NCBI GenBank assembly: GCA_934102255.1
Contig: CAKOSN010000003.1
Span: forward strand, 31,896 to 95,895
DNA: 64,000 bases
Direction of reading: 5' to 3'
Source of the DNA: an uncultured Bacilli bacterium
Lineage (GTDB): Bacteria; Bacillota_I; Bacilli_A; RF39; UBA660
This document shows, piece by piece, positions 7,998-18,064 of the stretch (its first letter is position 1; every line of letters begins with the position of its first letter). The translations under genes were made by a program, and so were the position numbers. The notes under the pieces were generated by a model. It ran no database searches, was not told the DNA's origin, and saw only the letters and a program-made list of their open reading frames with translations.

Positions 7998-10304
7998 TTA
8001 ATCATTAAATAATCTTGTAAATATCTCTTTATAATTAGAAACCCCATAAACCGTTAATTTACTTAATATATCTTTAGGTATTTCTTCTAAGTTTTTCATA
8101 TTATTGTTAGGAATAAATATAGTCTTAATGCCATTATTATAAGCCCCAATTAACTTTTCTTTAATGCCACCTACTTCTAAGACTTCTCCATTTAAACCAA
8201 TTTCACCCGTCATAGCAATTTTTTTAGAAATTGGTTTATTTAGTAAAAGACTTAAAAGACTAGTCGTAATACTTACTCCAGCGGAAGGTCCGTCTTTAGG
8301 CGTTGCCCCTTCTAAGAAATGAATATGAATATTACGATTGTCAAAATAATAATCATTTACTTTAAAATAATCTTTATTGCTTCTAATATAACTAATAGCA
8401 ACTTCAATCGACTCGGTAATCACATTACCAAGAGACCCCGTTGTTATAACTTCACCCTTACCGTCAAACAAGCAAGCTTCGATTTCCATTACTACACCAC
8501 CTAGAGGCGTGTAAGCAAGAGCATTAATAATACCCGGACTTTCAATATTTAATAGTTTGGTATCTATAAACTTTTTAGGCCCTAAATACTTTGTAACCAT
8601 TTCTTCGGTAATACTAAGTTTTAAAGTAGCATCATCATATTCTAATATAAGTTTACGCATTACTTGTTCTAAACATCTTTTTAAATTACGAAGTCCCGCC
8701 TCACAAGTATAAGAAACAATAATTTCTTTAATAACTTCATCACTAATCTTTACATCACGACCACTAATCAAATAATTTTTAAAAATAGTCGGTAATAAGT
8801 ATTTTTTAGCAATATCAATCTTTTCTTCTAAAGTATAACTCGATAACTCTATTATTTCTAAACGGTCAAATAAAGCCGGCGGAATATTTTCAATATCGTT
8901 AGCTGAGGCAATAAACATTACCTCCGAAATATCAAATGGTTCTTCTAAGTAATTATCCGTAAATAAATAATTTTGTTCTGGGTCAACTATTTCTAGTAAA
9001 GCACTAGCCGGGTCGCCATTATAATTTTTAACCATTTTATCGATTTCATCAAGTAAAATAACGGGATTTTTTACCTGACACTTTTTAATGGCTTGCATAA
9101 TTTTTCCCATGTTACTACCTAAATAAGTGCGACGAGACCCCATAAGTTCCGTAACATCATTCAAGCCCCCAACACTTAATTTATAAAACTCACGATTTAG
9201 AGCATTGGCAATCGCAATCGAAATGGAAGTTTTACCAACACCAGGAGCTCCCACTAAACACAAAATAGGACTTTTTACATTCGGATTGCGACGTTTTAAA
9301 GCCACATACTCCAAAATTCTACTCTTAACATTTTCTAAACCATAATGACTCTTAGACAAAGCCTTTTTTACTTTATCTAAATCCAACTCTTCAACCCCCG
9401 TTTTATTCCAAGGTAAACTTAAAATCGTATCTAAATAATTTTGGACAATCGCACGTTCAGGATGCCCCTCCGGTAAATAGTCTAACTTTTTAATTTCCAG
9501 AGCAATCTTATTTTTAGTAGGACCAGGCATAACTAAATCATCAAGCATATTAAAATAATCATCTTGAATTTTTTTAGTATCTTTATCTTCTCCTAACTCT
9601 TTTTTTATATATTTTAACTTTTCTTTTAAAATATACTCTCTTTGATTAGACTCCATTTCTTCTCTTAGAGTATCTTCAATCTTATAATCCAGTTCGCAAA
9701 CTTCAATTTCAACCGAAATATCATAAATTAAATTAGTTGCCCTTTTTATTGGGTCAAACTCATTCATATAATTTATTTTCTTTTCAAAACTTAAAGGAAT
9801 AAAAGTAGCAACAATATCAGTTAATTTATTCAAATCATTAATTTGGGCAATCTGCGATAAAACACTATTAGAAATAGTATGTGAAATATTTATATATGTG
9901 GTTAAAGTTTTAATTAATTTTCTTTTTAAAGCCGTTTCGGAAACAATATCACTTTTTATATCAGTTATATTAGAAGTAATAGCCATAACAACACTTTTAT
10001 TATCTTCTAAACATTTATATTTATCAATTTTAACACGAGTAGTTCCAATTACCGTTAAACGAATATTACCATTAGGCAAGTCAATAATATTTTTAATCGT
10101 TCCAATGACTCCTATATTAGGTAAATCATTAATACTAGGTTCTTCTTCTAAAGTATCCCTAGGACAAACCAAAATCAAATTTCCATTATGATGTTTATTC
10201 GATATAGTAACTAAAATATCATCTTTTTTAGTTTCTACTTTAATCTCTTGATTAGGAAGAATGATTAAGTCTTTTAGTATCATCACAGGTAGATAATTAT
10301 TCAT
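7998..10304 (-). CDS. lon: ATP-dependent Lon protease (LonA)
   Basis: N-terminal LON domain (LPVMILKDLIILPNQEI), AAA+ Walker A GAPGVGKTS, Walker B ILLDEIDK, and the protease motif PKDGPSAGV. Confidence 0.95.
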   Translation of the reverse strand: MNNYLPVMILKDLIILPNQEIKVETKKDDILVTISNKHHNGNLILVCPRDTLEEEPSINDLPNIGVIGTIKNIIDLPNGNIRLTVIGTTRVKIDKYKCLEDNKSVVMAITSNITDIKSDIVSETALKRKLIKTLTTYINISHTISNSVLSQIAQINDLNKLTDIVATFIPLSFEKKINYMNEFDPIKRATNLIYDISVEIEVCELDYKIEDTLREEMESNQREYILKEKLKYIKKELGEDKDTKKIQDDYFNMLDDLVMPGPTKNKIALEIKKLDYLPEGHPERAIVQNYLDTILSLPWNKTGVEELDLDKVKKALSKSHYGLENVKSRILEYVALKRRNPNVKSPILCLVGAPGVGKTSISIAIANALNREFYKLSVGGLNDVTELMGSRRTYLGSNMGKIMQAIKKCQVKNPVILLDEIDKMVKNYNGDPASALLEIVDPEQNYLFTDNYLEEPFDISEVMFIASANDIENIPPALFDRLEIIELSSYTLEEKIDIAKKYLLPTIFKNYLISGRDVKISDEVIKEIIVSYTCEAGLRNLKRCLEQVMRKLILEYDDATLKLSITEEMVTKYLGPKKFIDTKLLNIESPGIINALAYTPLGGVVMEIEACLFDGKGEVITTGSLGNVITESIEVAISYIRSNKDYFKVNDYYFDNRNIHIHFLEGATPKDGPSAGVSITTSLLSLLLNKPISKKIAMTGEIGLNGEVLEVGGIKEKLIGAYNNGIKTIFIPNNNMKNLEEIPKDILSKLTVYGVSNYKEIFTRLFND

Positions 10305-10650
10305 ATAACCACATCCATTTATAACTAAACTCTATAGTACCAATTTAAGATTTATTTGACAAGGTTTTTTCCATATTTTTTAAGCTTTTTGTTATCTTTT
10401 TTCTTGATTTTTAATAATCTTATCTAACTAATTTTTATTTTTTTCTTTAATAAGATTTTTCTAATAATCAAAATCACTATATTATTAATATATATATAAA
10501 TAACGAAATAACTATTAAGACTTATTATGTTTATAAGATAAAAAATTTCTTAAAAGTACCAATTCTTACCAATTTATGGTTATTTCACATAAAATTCATA
10601 GTAAATTATAAAACTTTATGGTAAAATTTAATTATGGAGGTTAGATATTT

Positions 10651-11190
10651 ATGAAATTAAATATTAGAGGAAAAAATTTGAGTGTTACACCCGCAATTAA
10701 GGAGTATATCGAAAAAAGACTAAGTAAGTTAGATAAATACTTCAAAGACGGTGATAATACTACTTCCAATGTTATTATCAAGACAAGAGCTAATAAAGAT
10801 GTCATCGAAGTAACAATACTAAAAGACTCAACCGTTATTAGAGCTGAGGTCATGGATGATGATTTATACACTGCTATTGACTTGGTACTAGAAAAACTAG
10901 AAAGGCAAATAAGAAAAAACAAAGAAAAATACAATACAATAAGAGCCAAAAAAAATAAAGATTTAGAAAGTATTTTCGAAGATTTCGCTGGTGATAAAAT
11001 TGATAATGAACCAACAGTTGTAAAAAGAAAAACAATCGATACTTCTAAACCTATGGATATCAATGAGGCAATCTTACAAATGGAATTTGTTTCTCATGAC
11101 TTCTTTATTTTTAAAGATAGTAAGACCGAACAAATATGTGTTTTATATAAAAGATGTGACGGCGACTACGGCGTTATCGAAGTTAAATAA
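10651..11190 (+). CDS. hpf: ribosome hibernation promoting factor, long form (HPF/YvyD)
   Basis: MKLNIRGKNLSVTPAIKEYIEKRLSKLDKYF plus the C-terminal dimerisation domain (FVSHDFFIFKD...VLYKRCDGDYGVIE). GGAGG ribosome-binding site upstream. Confidence 0.9.
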   Translation: MKLNIRGKNLSVTPAIKEYIEKRLSKLDKYFKDGDNTTSNVIIKTRANKDVIEVTILKDSTVIRAEVMDDDLYTAIDLVLEKLERQIRKNKEKYNTIRAKKNKDLESIFEDFAGDKIDNEPTVVKRKTIDTSKPMDINEAILQMEFVSHDFFIFKDSKTEQICVLYKRCDGDYGVIEVK

Positions 11191-11227
11191 TAAATTTAAT
11201 AGATTATTAATCTAAATATAGATATTT

Positions 11228-11262
11228 AAAAGAGTGATTATGCATCACTCTTTTTGTTTTGT
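11228..11262. terminator. bidirectional rho-independent terminator
   Basis: 10-bp stem AAAGAGTGAT/ATCACTCTTT (11229-11238 / 11244-11253) with loop TATGC, flanked by A- and T-runs, between convergent genes. Confidence 0.75.
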
Positions 11263-11266
11263 TAAC

Positions 11267-11800
11267 TTACTTAGTTAATTTTCTTATCTTTTCTTGTTCT
11301 TTTAAATGTTTTTCATAAGCATCAAGCGGACTAATTTCTGGAATCCCCGTAGGTGTAATTGTATCCCATACTACTTGCATATTCTGTTCCATTTTTAACA
11401 AGTTTTTAGCGCAAAACTCGGCGCAATAATCATTGAAATGACTTAAACAATATTTAATACTTTGTCTTTGTGGCTCTGTTACTTCATGATTTTCAAATAC
11501 CATTAAATAACTAGGGGTCTTACCACTAGAATTGTCCTTTCTAGTTGGCGAATTTAAAAGAACGGTAAATCCTAATAAATTAAAAATCAAGGCCGTATTA
11601 TAAGGACTAACATCACCCTCGTCTAAAGTCTTAGCAATTTCATTACCTGGGTATAAAGCATCTGCTATTTCTAATAAAAACATTTTATGTCTTATATCAC
11701 TAAAGATATCCCCATTCTTATAAATATTTCCATTTCTATCTATTACGAATACTTTCGTATTAATTAAATTATTTTCATTTTCTAAATTTACTACTTCCAT
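11267..11800 (-). CDS. hypothetical protein
   Basis: 177-aa ORF with plausible composition and no overlap with neighbours. No motif recognised. Confidence 0.55.
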   Translation of the reverse strand: MEVVNLENENNLINTKVFVIDRNGNIYKNGDIFSDIRHKMFLLEIADALYPGNEIAKTLDEGDVSPYNTALIFNLLGFTVLLNSPTRKDNSSGKTPSYLMVFENHEVTEPQRQSIKYCLSHFNDYCAEFCAKNLLKMEQNMQVVWDTITPTGIPEISPLDAYEKHLKEQEKIRKLTK

Positions 11801-11962
11801 ATTAACTCACTTTCAAATTTACTATATTACCTCTTGATTATATAAAGATTTTTCAGGAATTTCTACCCATTTTGTTTATCTTTTTTAAAAACTTGCAAAA
11901 ATTAAAGATAATTAGAAGAAAATACTAGCATTTTATGGTATATTAATTACGGAGATGGTATT

Positions 11963-12409
11963 ATGCGAAAGAAAAAAAATATAATTTTAGGCGTTTTAAT
12001 ATGTATCTTAATAATACTAGTATGCGTCTTACTTTTTATTATTGGTAAAAAGTCTGACTTTAAAAGTATTGAAGATATCGATTTAGCAACCTTAAAAACA
12101 AAAATATATAATAAGGAGAAATTTGTCTTAGTAGTTACTCAGACTGGCTGTTCTCATTGTATGGCTTACTTGCCGGTTTTAGAAGAAGTTGGTGAAGAAT
12201 ATAAACTGACCTTCTATGATATTAATATGACTAATTTATCTGATGATGAAAAAACAGAATTTAATAAGTTAGTTCGTATTAGTGGAACTCCAACAACTAT
12301 TTTTTATACTAACGGTGAAGAAGAATCTACTACCGCCAGATTAGTTGGAGAAAAAACTAAAGATAAAATTATTAATAGATTAAAAAGTGAGGGCTATATA
12401 AATGAATAA
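11963..12409 (+). CDS. membrane-anchored thioredoxin-fold protein
   Basis: N-terminal TM helix, then VVTQTGCSHCMAYLP (CxxC) and the cis-Pro-like SGTPT motif. Confidence 0.7.
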   Translation: MRKKKNIILGVLICILIILVCVLLFIIGKKSDFKSIEDIDLATLKTKIYNKEKFVLVVTQTGCSHCMAYLPVLEEVGEEYKLTFYDINMTNLSDDEKTEFNKLVRISGTPTTIFYTNGEEESTTARLVGEKTKDKIINRLKSEGYINE

Positions 12410-13079
12410 AATCCTACAATTTGGTAAGGGGTTATTGGGATTATTTCTATTTTTCTTTGTACAACTTGGTTTTCAAATGTTGTTTTATAACATATTAATA
12501 AAAAATAACTTAGTCGTTAACAATATTCTATATATTATTATGGAACTAATATTAATGGCTATCTTAGCTTTTATGAATAGAAAAAAATTAAAAGAAGATT
12601 ATGCTGATTTTAATGAAAATTATAAAAAATATTTAAAATATGGTTTTAAACTATGGTTCATTGGTTTAATTGTCATGATGGTTAGTAATGGTATTATTGC
12701 TAGTATTACTGGTGGTCTTGCTAATAACGAAGAAATGAATAGACAAATGATTTTAGAATATCCTGTCTATATGATTATTTCTACTATGGTCTTTGCGCCC
12801 TTTATTGAAGAATTAACATTTAGAGGTAATTTTAAAGATGCTTTCAAAAGTAAAACTGCTTTTATTATCTTTACAGCCTTAGTATTTGCGGGCGTTCATG
12901 TTTTAAATGGGATAACTAGTCCTGTTGAACTACTCTACTTTATACCTTACGGAGCTTTATCAATAGCATTCGGTAAAACTTATATGGAAACTAATAATAT
13001 TTATACAACCATGGTTATCCATTCCGTTCATAATAGTTTAAGTATTATCTTAATAGTGCTTATGTATTTAGTAGGTTAA
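12402..13079 (+). CDS. CPBP family intramembrane metalloprotease (CAAX protease-like)
   Basis: Polytopic membrane protein with EELTFRG, FAGVHVLNG and HSVHN motifs. It overlaps the upstream gene by 8 nt. Confidence 0.85.
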   Translation: MNKILQFGKGLLGLFLFFFVQLGFQMLFYNILIKNNLVVNNILYIIMELILMAILAFMNRKKLKEDYADFNENYKKYLKYGFKLWFIGLIVMMVSNGIIASITGGLANNEEMNRQMILEYPVYMIISTMVFAPFIEELTFRGNFKDAFKSKTAFIIFTALVFAGVHVLNGITSPVELLYFIPYGALSIAFGKTYMETNNIYTTMVIHSVHNSLSIILIVLMYLVG

Positions 13080-13085
13080 TATTTT

Positions 13086-14015
13086 ATGAAAAAGAAAGCA
13101 AAAAAGGAAGAATTAGAAGAACAAGATAATACGAAGTTAGAACCCAATGAAGTTTTAGAAAAAATAGCTAAAGACGAAGATAATAAAGAATTTGAAGAGT
13201 TTTCTGATGTTAACTCTAATCATTCTTTTAAATTTATTCGTAAAACAATAGTTATTATAATCTTGTTAATTGTCTTTTTCCGATTTTATGGTGTTTCCAG
13301 AATATTTACTAAAGAATATAGTATTATTGATGAAGCAATTCCACAAGGGTTTGACGGTGCTAAAATAGTGCAAATAAGTGATATTCACTTTGGTACAACT
13401 GTTAATGAGGCCATGTTGCAAAAAATAGTTAACAAAGTTAATGAATTAAAACCAGACATCATTGTTTTTACTGGTGACTTAATTGATAAAGGCATTAATC
13501 CTACTGATAAGATTAAAGCCGAAATATCCGTTAACTTAAGTAAGCTAACAGCCAATATTGGTAAATATGCTATTGCAAGCGACGAAGATTTAAATAATAA
13601 TGATTTTACTACATTAATAACTAATAGTGGTTTTACTCTTCTAAATAATGAATCTACATTAATTTATAACGATTTTGAAGAACCTATCGAACTAGTTGGT
13701 TTAAGTAATCCTAACGAATCTGTTAGCACTACAGCTAATTATAAAATTGCCCTAATTCATAAACCAGATGATACAGATAGTATTTTAAATAACAATTACA
13801 ATCTTATCTTAGCTGGTCATTCTCACGGTGGTATTATTAGACTTCCCTTTATTGGGGGATTAGTAAGATTAGAAGGCGCTAAAAAGTATTATAATGATTC
13901 TTACATACTAGATAATACAAGACTTTATATCTCATCAGGCCTTGGTACTAGTAATATTAATTTTAGAATGTTTAATCAACCTTCCATAAATCTTTATCGT
14001 TTATATAAAAATTAA
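13086..14015 (+). CDS. membrane-anchored metallophosphoesterase (YkuE-like)
   Basis: QISDIHFG, FTGDLID and AGHSHGG metallophosphatase motifs follow an N-terminal TM segment. Confidence 0.85.
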   Translation: MKKKAKKEELEEQDNTKLEPNEVLEKIAKDEDNKEFEEFSDVNSNHSFKFIRKTIVIIILLIVFFRFYGVSRIFTKEYSIIDEAIPQGFDGAKIVQISDIHFGTTVNEAMLQKIVNKVNELKPDIIVFTGDLIDKGINPTDKIKAEISVNLSKLTANIGKYAIASDEDLNNNDFTTLITNSGFTLLNNESTLIYNDFEEPIELVGLSNPNESVSTTANYKIALIHKPDDTDSILNNNYNLILAGHSHGGIIRLPFIGGLVRLEGAKKYYNDSYILDNTRLYISSGLGTSNINFRMFNQPSINLYRLYKN

Positions 14016-14040
14016 GCAAATAAAACCATATTTAAATTAA

Positions 14041-14065
14041 GACCAAATTAAAAAGACCTTTCGGT
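14041..14065. terminator. bidirectional rho-independent terminator
   Basis: AAAGACC-TTTC-GGTCTTT hairpin with an A-run upstream and a T-run downstream, between convergent genes. Confidence 0.8.
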
Positions 14066-14071
14066 CTTTTT

Positions 14072-14506
14072 TTAAACACATTCTACGTAAGTATCAGATA
14101 AACACCTTAAACAGCATAGGCAACTCAAATTCATAGTGAAGAAAGAATTAGTAGCAACGTAAGGATATAAACTAGTAGTATCTGGATTATCTTGTAGAAC
14201 TCTAAATGTCGCACAATTATTTTCAACTTTTTCAACACGGAAAACAGAAGAACAAGTAGTACCCGTAGTAGAGCAAGACGCTGTTACATCTTTAGTAGTA
14301 GGCATACTCCAAGCAACCCCGTTACTGCAAGTCGTATATAACATAACCGGACGAGTATTACATACTAAACAAGAAGTTCCCCCACCAAGCATAGGACGAT
14401 CACAAGTATCTAGGCATGAATCAGGACAAGCATTTTGTTGAAGAACTAAGATAACTTTTAGAATATCAGCAATAGAATTAGGTTCTTGATTATTCTTATT
14501 ACACAT
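14072..14506 (-). CDS. CotY/CotZ/ExsY family cysteine-rich spore coat / exosporium protein
   Basis: Family pattern as I remember it: I..IL..I...Q, NTRPVMLYT, FRVEKVENNCATFRVL, and a C-terminal LSCLCCLRCLSD. The protein has many Cys residues. Confidence 0.75.
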   Translation of the reverse strand: MCNKNNQEPNSIADILKVILVLQQNACPDSCLDTCDRPMLGGGTSCLVCNTRPVMLYTTCSNGVAWSMPTTKDVTASCSTTGTTCSSVFRVEKVENNCATFRVLQDNPDTTSLYPYVATNSFFTMNLSCLCCLRCLSDTYVECV

Positions 14507-14605
14507 AACATATTCCCCTTTCTTGTATTCACTAATAATTTATGATTATTTTTTTAATATGCTACCTGTCTGCTTTTAATTTTCGCTTTAATATAGTATA
14601 ATTAA

Positions 14606-14941
14606 ATGGGTGAAGAAAGAATGAATAGTGTTTATATACAATATGCTGTTATACTAGCAGTACTTTTAATTATTGCTTTAGTCGTAATTAAATTTCATAA
14701 GAAAGACTTTGCAAAAGAAGTTAATAAGTTAGTTCAATACTTAGGTGGTAAAGATAACATCATTAATGCTGAATGCTCAATGTCGCGTTTTAAAGTTATT
14801 TTAAAAGACGTTTCCAAAGTTAATAAAGACGGCATTACCTCTCTGGGTGCAACAGGTATTGTAGAAATTGATAATCAATTAAAAATTATCTTTGGCAAAG
14901 ATGCTAAAGAGTTAAAAAAATGTATTGATGACTTATTGTAG
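14606..14941 (+). CDS. small membrane-anchored protein with a PTS EIIB (glucose-type)-like domain
   Basis: TM helix, then YLGGKDNIINAECSMSRFKVILKD, which resembles the EIIB signature around the phospho-Cys. The likely start is the internal ATG at 14621 (MNSVY). Confidence 0.6.
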   Translation: MGEERMNSVYIQYAVILAVLLIIALVVIKFHKKDFAKEVNKLVQYLGGKDNIINAECSMSRFKVILKDVSKVNKDGITSLGATGIVEIDNQLKIIFGKDAKELKKCIDDLL

Positions 14942-14962
14942 GGCTTAAAACCCTACTTTTTA
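14938..14962 (+). terminator. rho-independent terminator
   Basis: GTAGGG / CCCTAC stem followed by TTTTT. Confidence 0.65.
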
Positions 14963-14970
14963 TTTGTCAT

Positions 14971-15249
14971 TTAGATTTCTACAATACTTTTTATTTCATC
15001 AATAGCAATCTTTTTGCCATTTAAAGTTAAAATACTATTTACTTTTTTACTAATAATACTATCCTCTATCGTTTCATTATTCTTTAAAGTTATAAGATAA
15101 CGATGATTAAATAAATACTTATTCTTATCATCTAAAATAGTATCTAAATCTAAATCATTTACTTTAGAACTACTAATCGTACTTTCCTGATTAATATTTA
15201 AATTTTTATCTATTTTATTAACATACACTTTTGGTAATCTATTATTCAT
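14971..15249 (-). CDS. hypothetical protein
   Basis: 92-aa ORF preceded by a GGAGG-like site (aggaggaattcttATG). No motif recognised. Confidence 0.5.
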   Translation of the reverse strand: MNNRLPKVYVNKIDKNLNINQESTISSSKVNDLDLDTILDDKNKYLFNHRYLITLKNNETIEDSIISKKVNSILTLNGKKIAIDEIKSIVEI

Positions 15250-15314
15250 AAGAATTCCTCCTAAAATATTTTATGTTTTAACATAATTAAAGTTGCTTTG
15301 GTTATACTAAAGTT

Positions 15315-16295
15315 ATGAAAAAGAATTTAATTACCTTAATACCAATAATTATTTTAGAACTCCTAAGTATCTTTTACTTAAAAAGTGATTACCAAATAAA
15401 ACAATTAATCTGGTTTATTTTAGGACTCCTTTGTTTCTTTATTACTATTAATTTAAAAGAAAAGTATTTTAAAATTATTAGTATTTTCCTTTATTTTCTA
15501 AGTCTTATTCTTTTAACTGTTGTTTTATTTCATCCTTATACTAATGGTTCTAGAGGTTGGTTAAAACTCTATAAAATTTCTATTCAACCCTCTGAAATTA
15601 CAAAAATAAGTTTAATTCTTGTATCCTTTTATTTAATTAACAAAGGTTTTAAGAGTAAAATATTATATTTATTAATCTTTCTTATTCCTAGTATTTTAAC
15701 TTTTATTGAACCAGATACTGGTGCTGTCATTATCTATGGTATTATCTTTTTATATTTCTTACCCAAGTTTTTTTCTAAAAAAGAAATTAGTTTTATGTTT
15801 TTCCTTCTTTTACTTATCAGTATCTTTTTAATATATTTATACTTTTATAAAAAAGATACCTTTATCGATATCTTTAGTACAAGTATTTATTATCGTCTTG
15901 ATAGAATTACTTCTTTTAAAAATCAGGATAATATGCAAGTTAATAATGCTTTAATATCTTTAGCGTCCGGTAGACTCCTATACTTTCCGGAAGCTAATAA
16001 CGATTTTTTCTTTGCTTATTTACTTAGTAAGAATTTTTATAATTTTGCCATTATTATTAGCAGTTATTTACTGATTTTTATCAGTTTAATATTTAATAAA
16101 AAGCCACTAAGTCATCTTTTCTTTTATATTCTAGCTTTCCAAGTAATTGAGAATATGGGGATGAATTTAAAATTATTACCAGTCATTGGTATTCCCTTAC
16201 CTTTTTTAAGTTATGGTGGCAGTCATACCATTTCTACTTTTTTAATGTTAGGTCTAGCTTTAAGAAATTTTAATAATAACCATAGTATGAGTTAG
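15315..16295 (+). CDS. SEDS family protein (FtsW/RodA/SpoVE-like), short divergent copy
   Basis: Polytopic membrane protein with ISIQPSEITKI and the C-terminal IGIPLPFLSYGGSH signature. Confidence 0.75.
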   Translation: MKKNLITLIPIIILELLSIFYLKSDYQIKQLIWFILGLLCFFITINLKEKYFKIISIFLYFLSLILLTVVLFHPYTNGSRGWLKLYKISIQPSEITKISLILVSFYLINKGFKSKILYLLIFLIPSILTFIEPDTGAVIIYGIIFLYFLPKFFSKKEISFMFFLLLLISIFLIYLYFYKKDTFIDIFSTSIYYRLDRITSFKNQDNMQVNNALISLASGRLLYFPEANNDFFFAYLLSKNFYNFAIIISSYLLIFISLIFNKKPLSHLFFYILAFQVIENMGMNLKLLPVIGIPLPFLSYGGSHTISTFLMLGLALRNFNNNHSMS

Positions 16296-16500
16296 AATAA
16301 GCCCCATGTGGCATATAATTTGGGTTACCATAATAATATGGATAAGGTTGCTGATAAGCTGGTCCATTTACATAAACTGGTCGTGGTCTTGTTACCCCAA
16401 CTAACGCCCCACCAGCAAGACCTCCTAATAAAAAGGGAAAAACAAAACGATTACCATTTACATCACGATAACCATAGCCGTAGTTATAATTATAATACAT
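16270..16500 (-). CDS. Tyr/Gly/Pro-rich small protein (possible spore-coat-type low-complexity protein)
   Basis: The ORF track starts at 16521, but AAAGGAG lies 9 nt upstream of the internal ATG at 16500 (MYYNYNYGYGYRD...YYGNPNYMPHGAYSNSYYGYY). The 3' end overlaps the convergent SEDS gene by 26 nt. Confidence 0.5.
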   Translation of the reverse strand: MYYNYNYGYGYRDVNGNRFVFPFLLGGLAGGALVGVTRPRPVYVNGPAYQQPYPYYYGNPNYMPHGAYSNSYYGYY

Positions 16501-16559
16501 AAATAAAAAAACTCCTTTCATAGTAGTATATGAAAAAAGTTTGTAAAAGACCGTTAAAG

Positions 16560-18059
16560 CTAAGGAGTAGTTTTACTTTCTAATTCCCTTACAGTATTAA
16601 TTTTAACAGGATTAGTAATACCAACTCCGGTATTAGGATGAAATTGCGAGTAGCCTAAATCTATTAAATATAAGCAAACTAGAATAACACAAAGCGTCTT
16701 TTTAACATTAATATTCATTTTCTTATATAGATTCTTTAAAAGGGGGCAAACCATGTAAGTAAGAACACACCCACCAAAGCCGAATAGCATTAAACCTTCT
16801 AAGCATACTCTCCCCTTTATATTTAAGAAGAAACCAGTGTAATCCCACCATTTCAAGCCTTTAAAAGTTTCTAAATACCAAGCTGTTCCGTATTCCAAGA
16901 CCCCACACAATAAGAAGGCCATTAAGAATAATTGATAAGGATTTTTACGATATTTTTTTAATAAAACTAAGATAAATACGGCGCCAAAGCCATAAATTGG
17001 TAACCATGGACCAAACATTGTGCCTTTATTAACTAATCTCTCTTCATAAATTAGGCACAACATTATTTCCCATAGCCACCCGATATTAGCAACATTAAAG
17101 AAAATTAAAATCAAATCCCAAATATCATAATCACAATTATAGTCATATTTAAAGCCTTTAACATTTCTTATTTCTTTTATAATGTATAAATTATCAGGAT
17201 AAGCGCCCTTTTTACTTGGACAATCTAAATATTGGTCTTTAAAAATCTCGGGATACTCATTCTTTAGACCACGACGATATTCTAAATAAAGATTAGCTTT
17301 AACCATTTCTTTATAAGGACGGAAGTAAAAAACATTACTAAGTCCCAAAGTTAGTGGCCCTAAAATATACCAAGGAATAAAACTGATATCAAGTAAGAAC
17401 ATCTCCCATTTATGACCACTTGTCATTATCTTTGACATTTTAAAAGCATCATTTATTCTAATCGTTGGATTTTCTGCTAAAAGATAAGGAACCATACTAT
17501 ATTCATAATGCTTTATAAAGCCACCAACAATCGTAAAATACCAAAGGAAAGACTTTATCATTTTAGCAAGCATTACTTCACCAACGTTAAATATACTCTT
17601 TGTATAATAAACAAATAATAATTTATTAACACTAGTATCTTGATAACTATAATGTTCTAAAAAGTAACGATTCTTCCCAACATTAATAATGGTAGAAACA
17701 AAAACGTATATAATTAAAAAGGTAAAAACGGATAAAATAATTATCCAAGAAGACGGCATAATCTTTTGAAATACAAAGTTATTTATCATATTTAAAAGAC
17801 TTAAAGCAATCGAACCTGTTCCACTTAATTGGTTAAAAAAGCTGGCAAAGACACCGGCTGTCGGTTTAAATCTAAGAACGGGAGTAATAATATTATCTAA
17901 ATGAATTACTGTTAAAAACCTACTTACTATCTCTAAATCATTAACTTTATAACTAAAATTTAAGATAGTTGAGGTTAAAAAACAAACAATAACACTATAA
18001 AACTGATGATATTTTAATGCTTCTTTACTATTTTTCTTTATTTTTTGATACTTCTTCAT
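16560..18059 (-). CDS. polytopic membrane protein (DUF975-like N-terminal half, additional C-terminal multi-TM module)
   Basis: 499 aa with about 10 hydrophobic segments. The assignment is by general resemblance only. Confidence 0.6.
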   Translation of the reverse strand: MKKYQKIKKNSKEALKYHQFYSVIVCFLTSTILNFSYKVNDLEIVSRFLTVIHLDNIITPVLRFKPTAGVFASFFNQLSGTGSIALSLLNMINNFVFQKIMPSSWIIILSVFTFLIIYVFVSTIINVGKNRYFLEHYSYQDTSVNKLLFVYYTKSIFNVGEVMLAKMIKSFLWYFTIVGGFIKHYEYSMVPYLLAENPTIRINDAFKMSKIMTSGHKWEMFLLDISFIPWYILGPLTLGLSNVFYFRPYKEMVKANLYLEYRRGLKNEYPEIFKDQYLDCPSKKGAYPDNLYIIKEIRNVKGFKYDYNCDYDIWDLILIFFNVANIGWLWEIMLCLIYEERLVNKGTMFGPWLPIYGFGAVFILVLLKKYRKNPYQLFLMAFLLCGVLEYGTAWYLETFKGLKWWDYTGFFLNIKGRVCLEGLMLFGFGGCVLTYMVCPLLKNLYKKMNINVKKTLCVILVCLYLIDLGYSQFHPNTGVGITNPVKINTVRELESKTTP

Positions 18060-18064
18060 ACTAC

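Noticed and set aside
10305-10650. Heat-shock operators (CIRCE or CtsR) in the lon / hpf divergent intergenic region.
   Set aside because: There is no TTAGCACTC-N9-GAGTGCTAA. Only a single TTTGACA heptad is present, with a poor second half-site.
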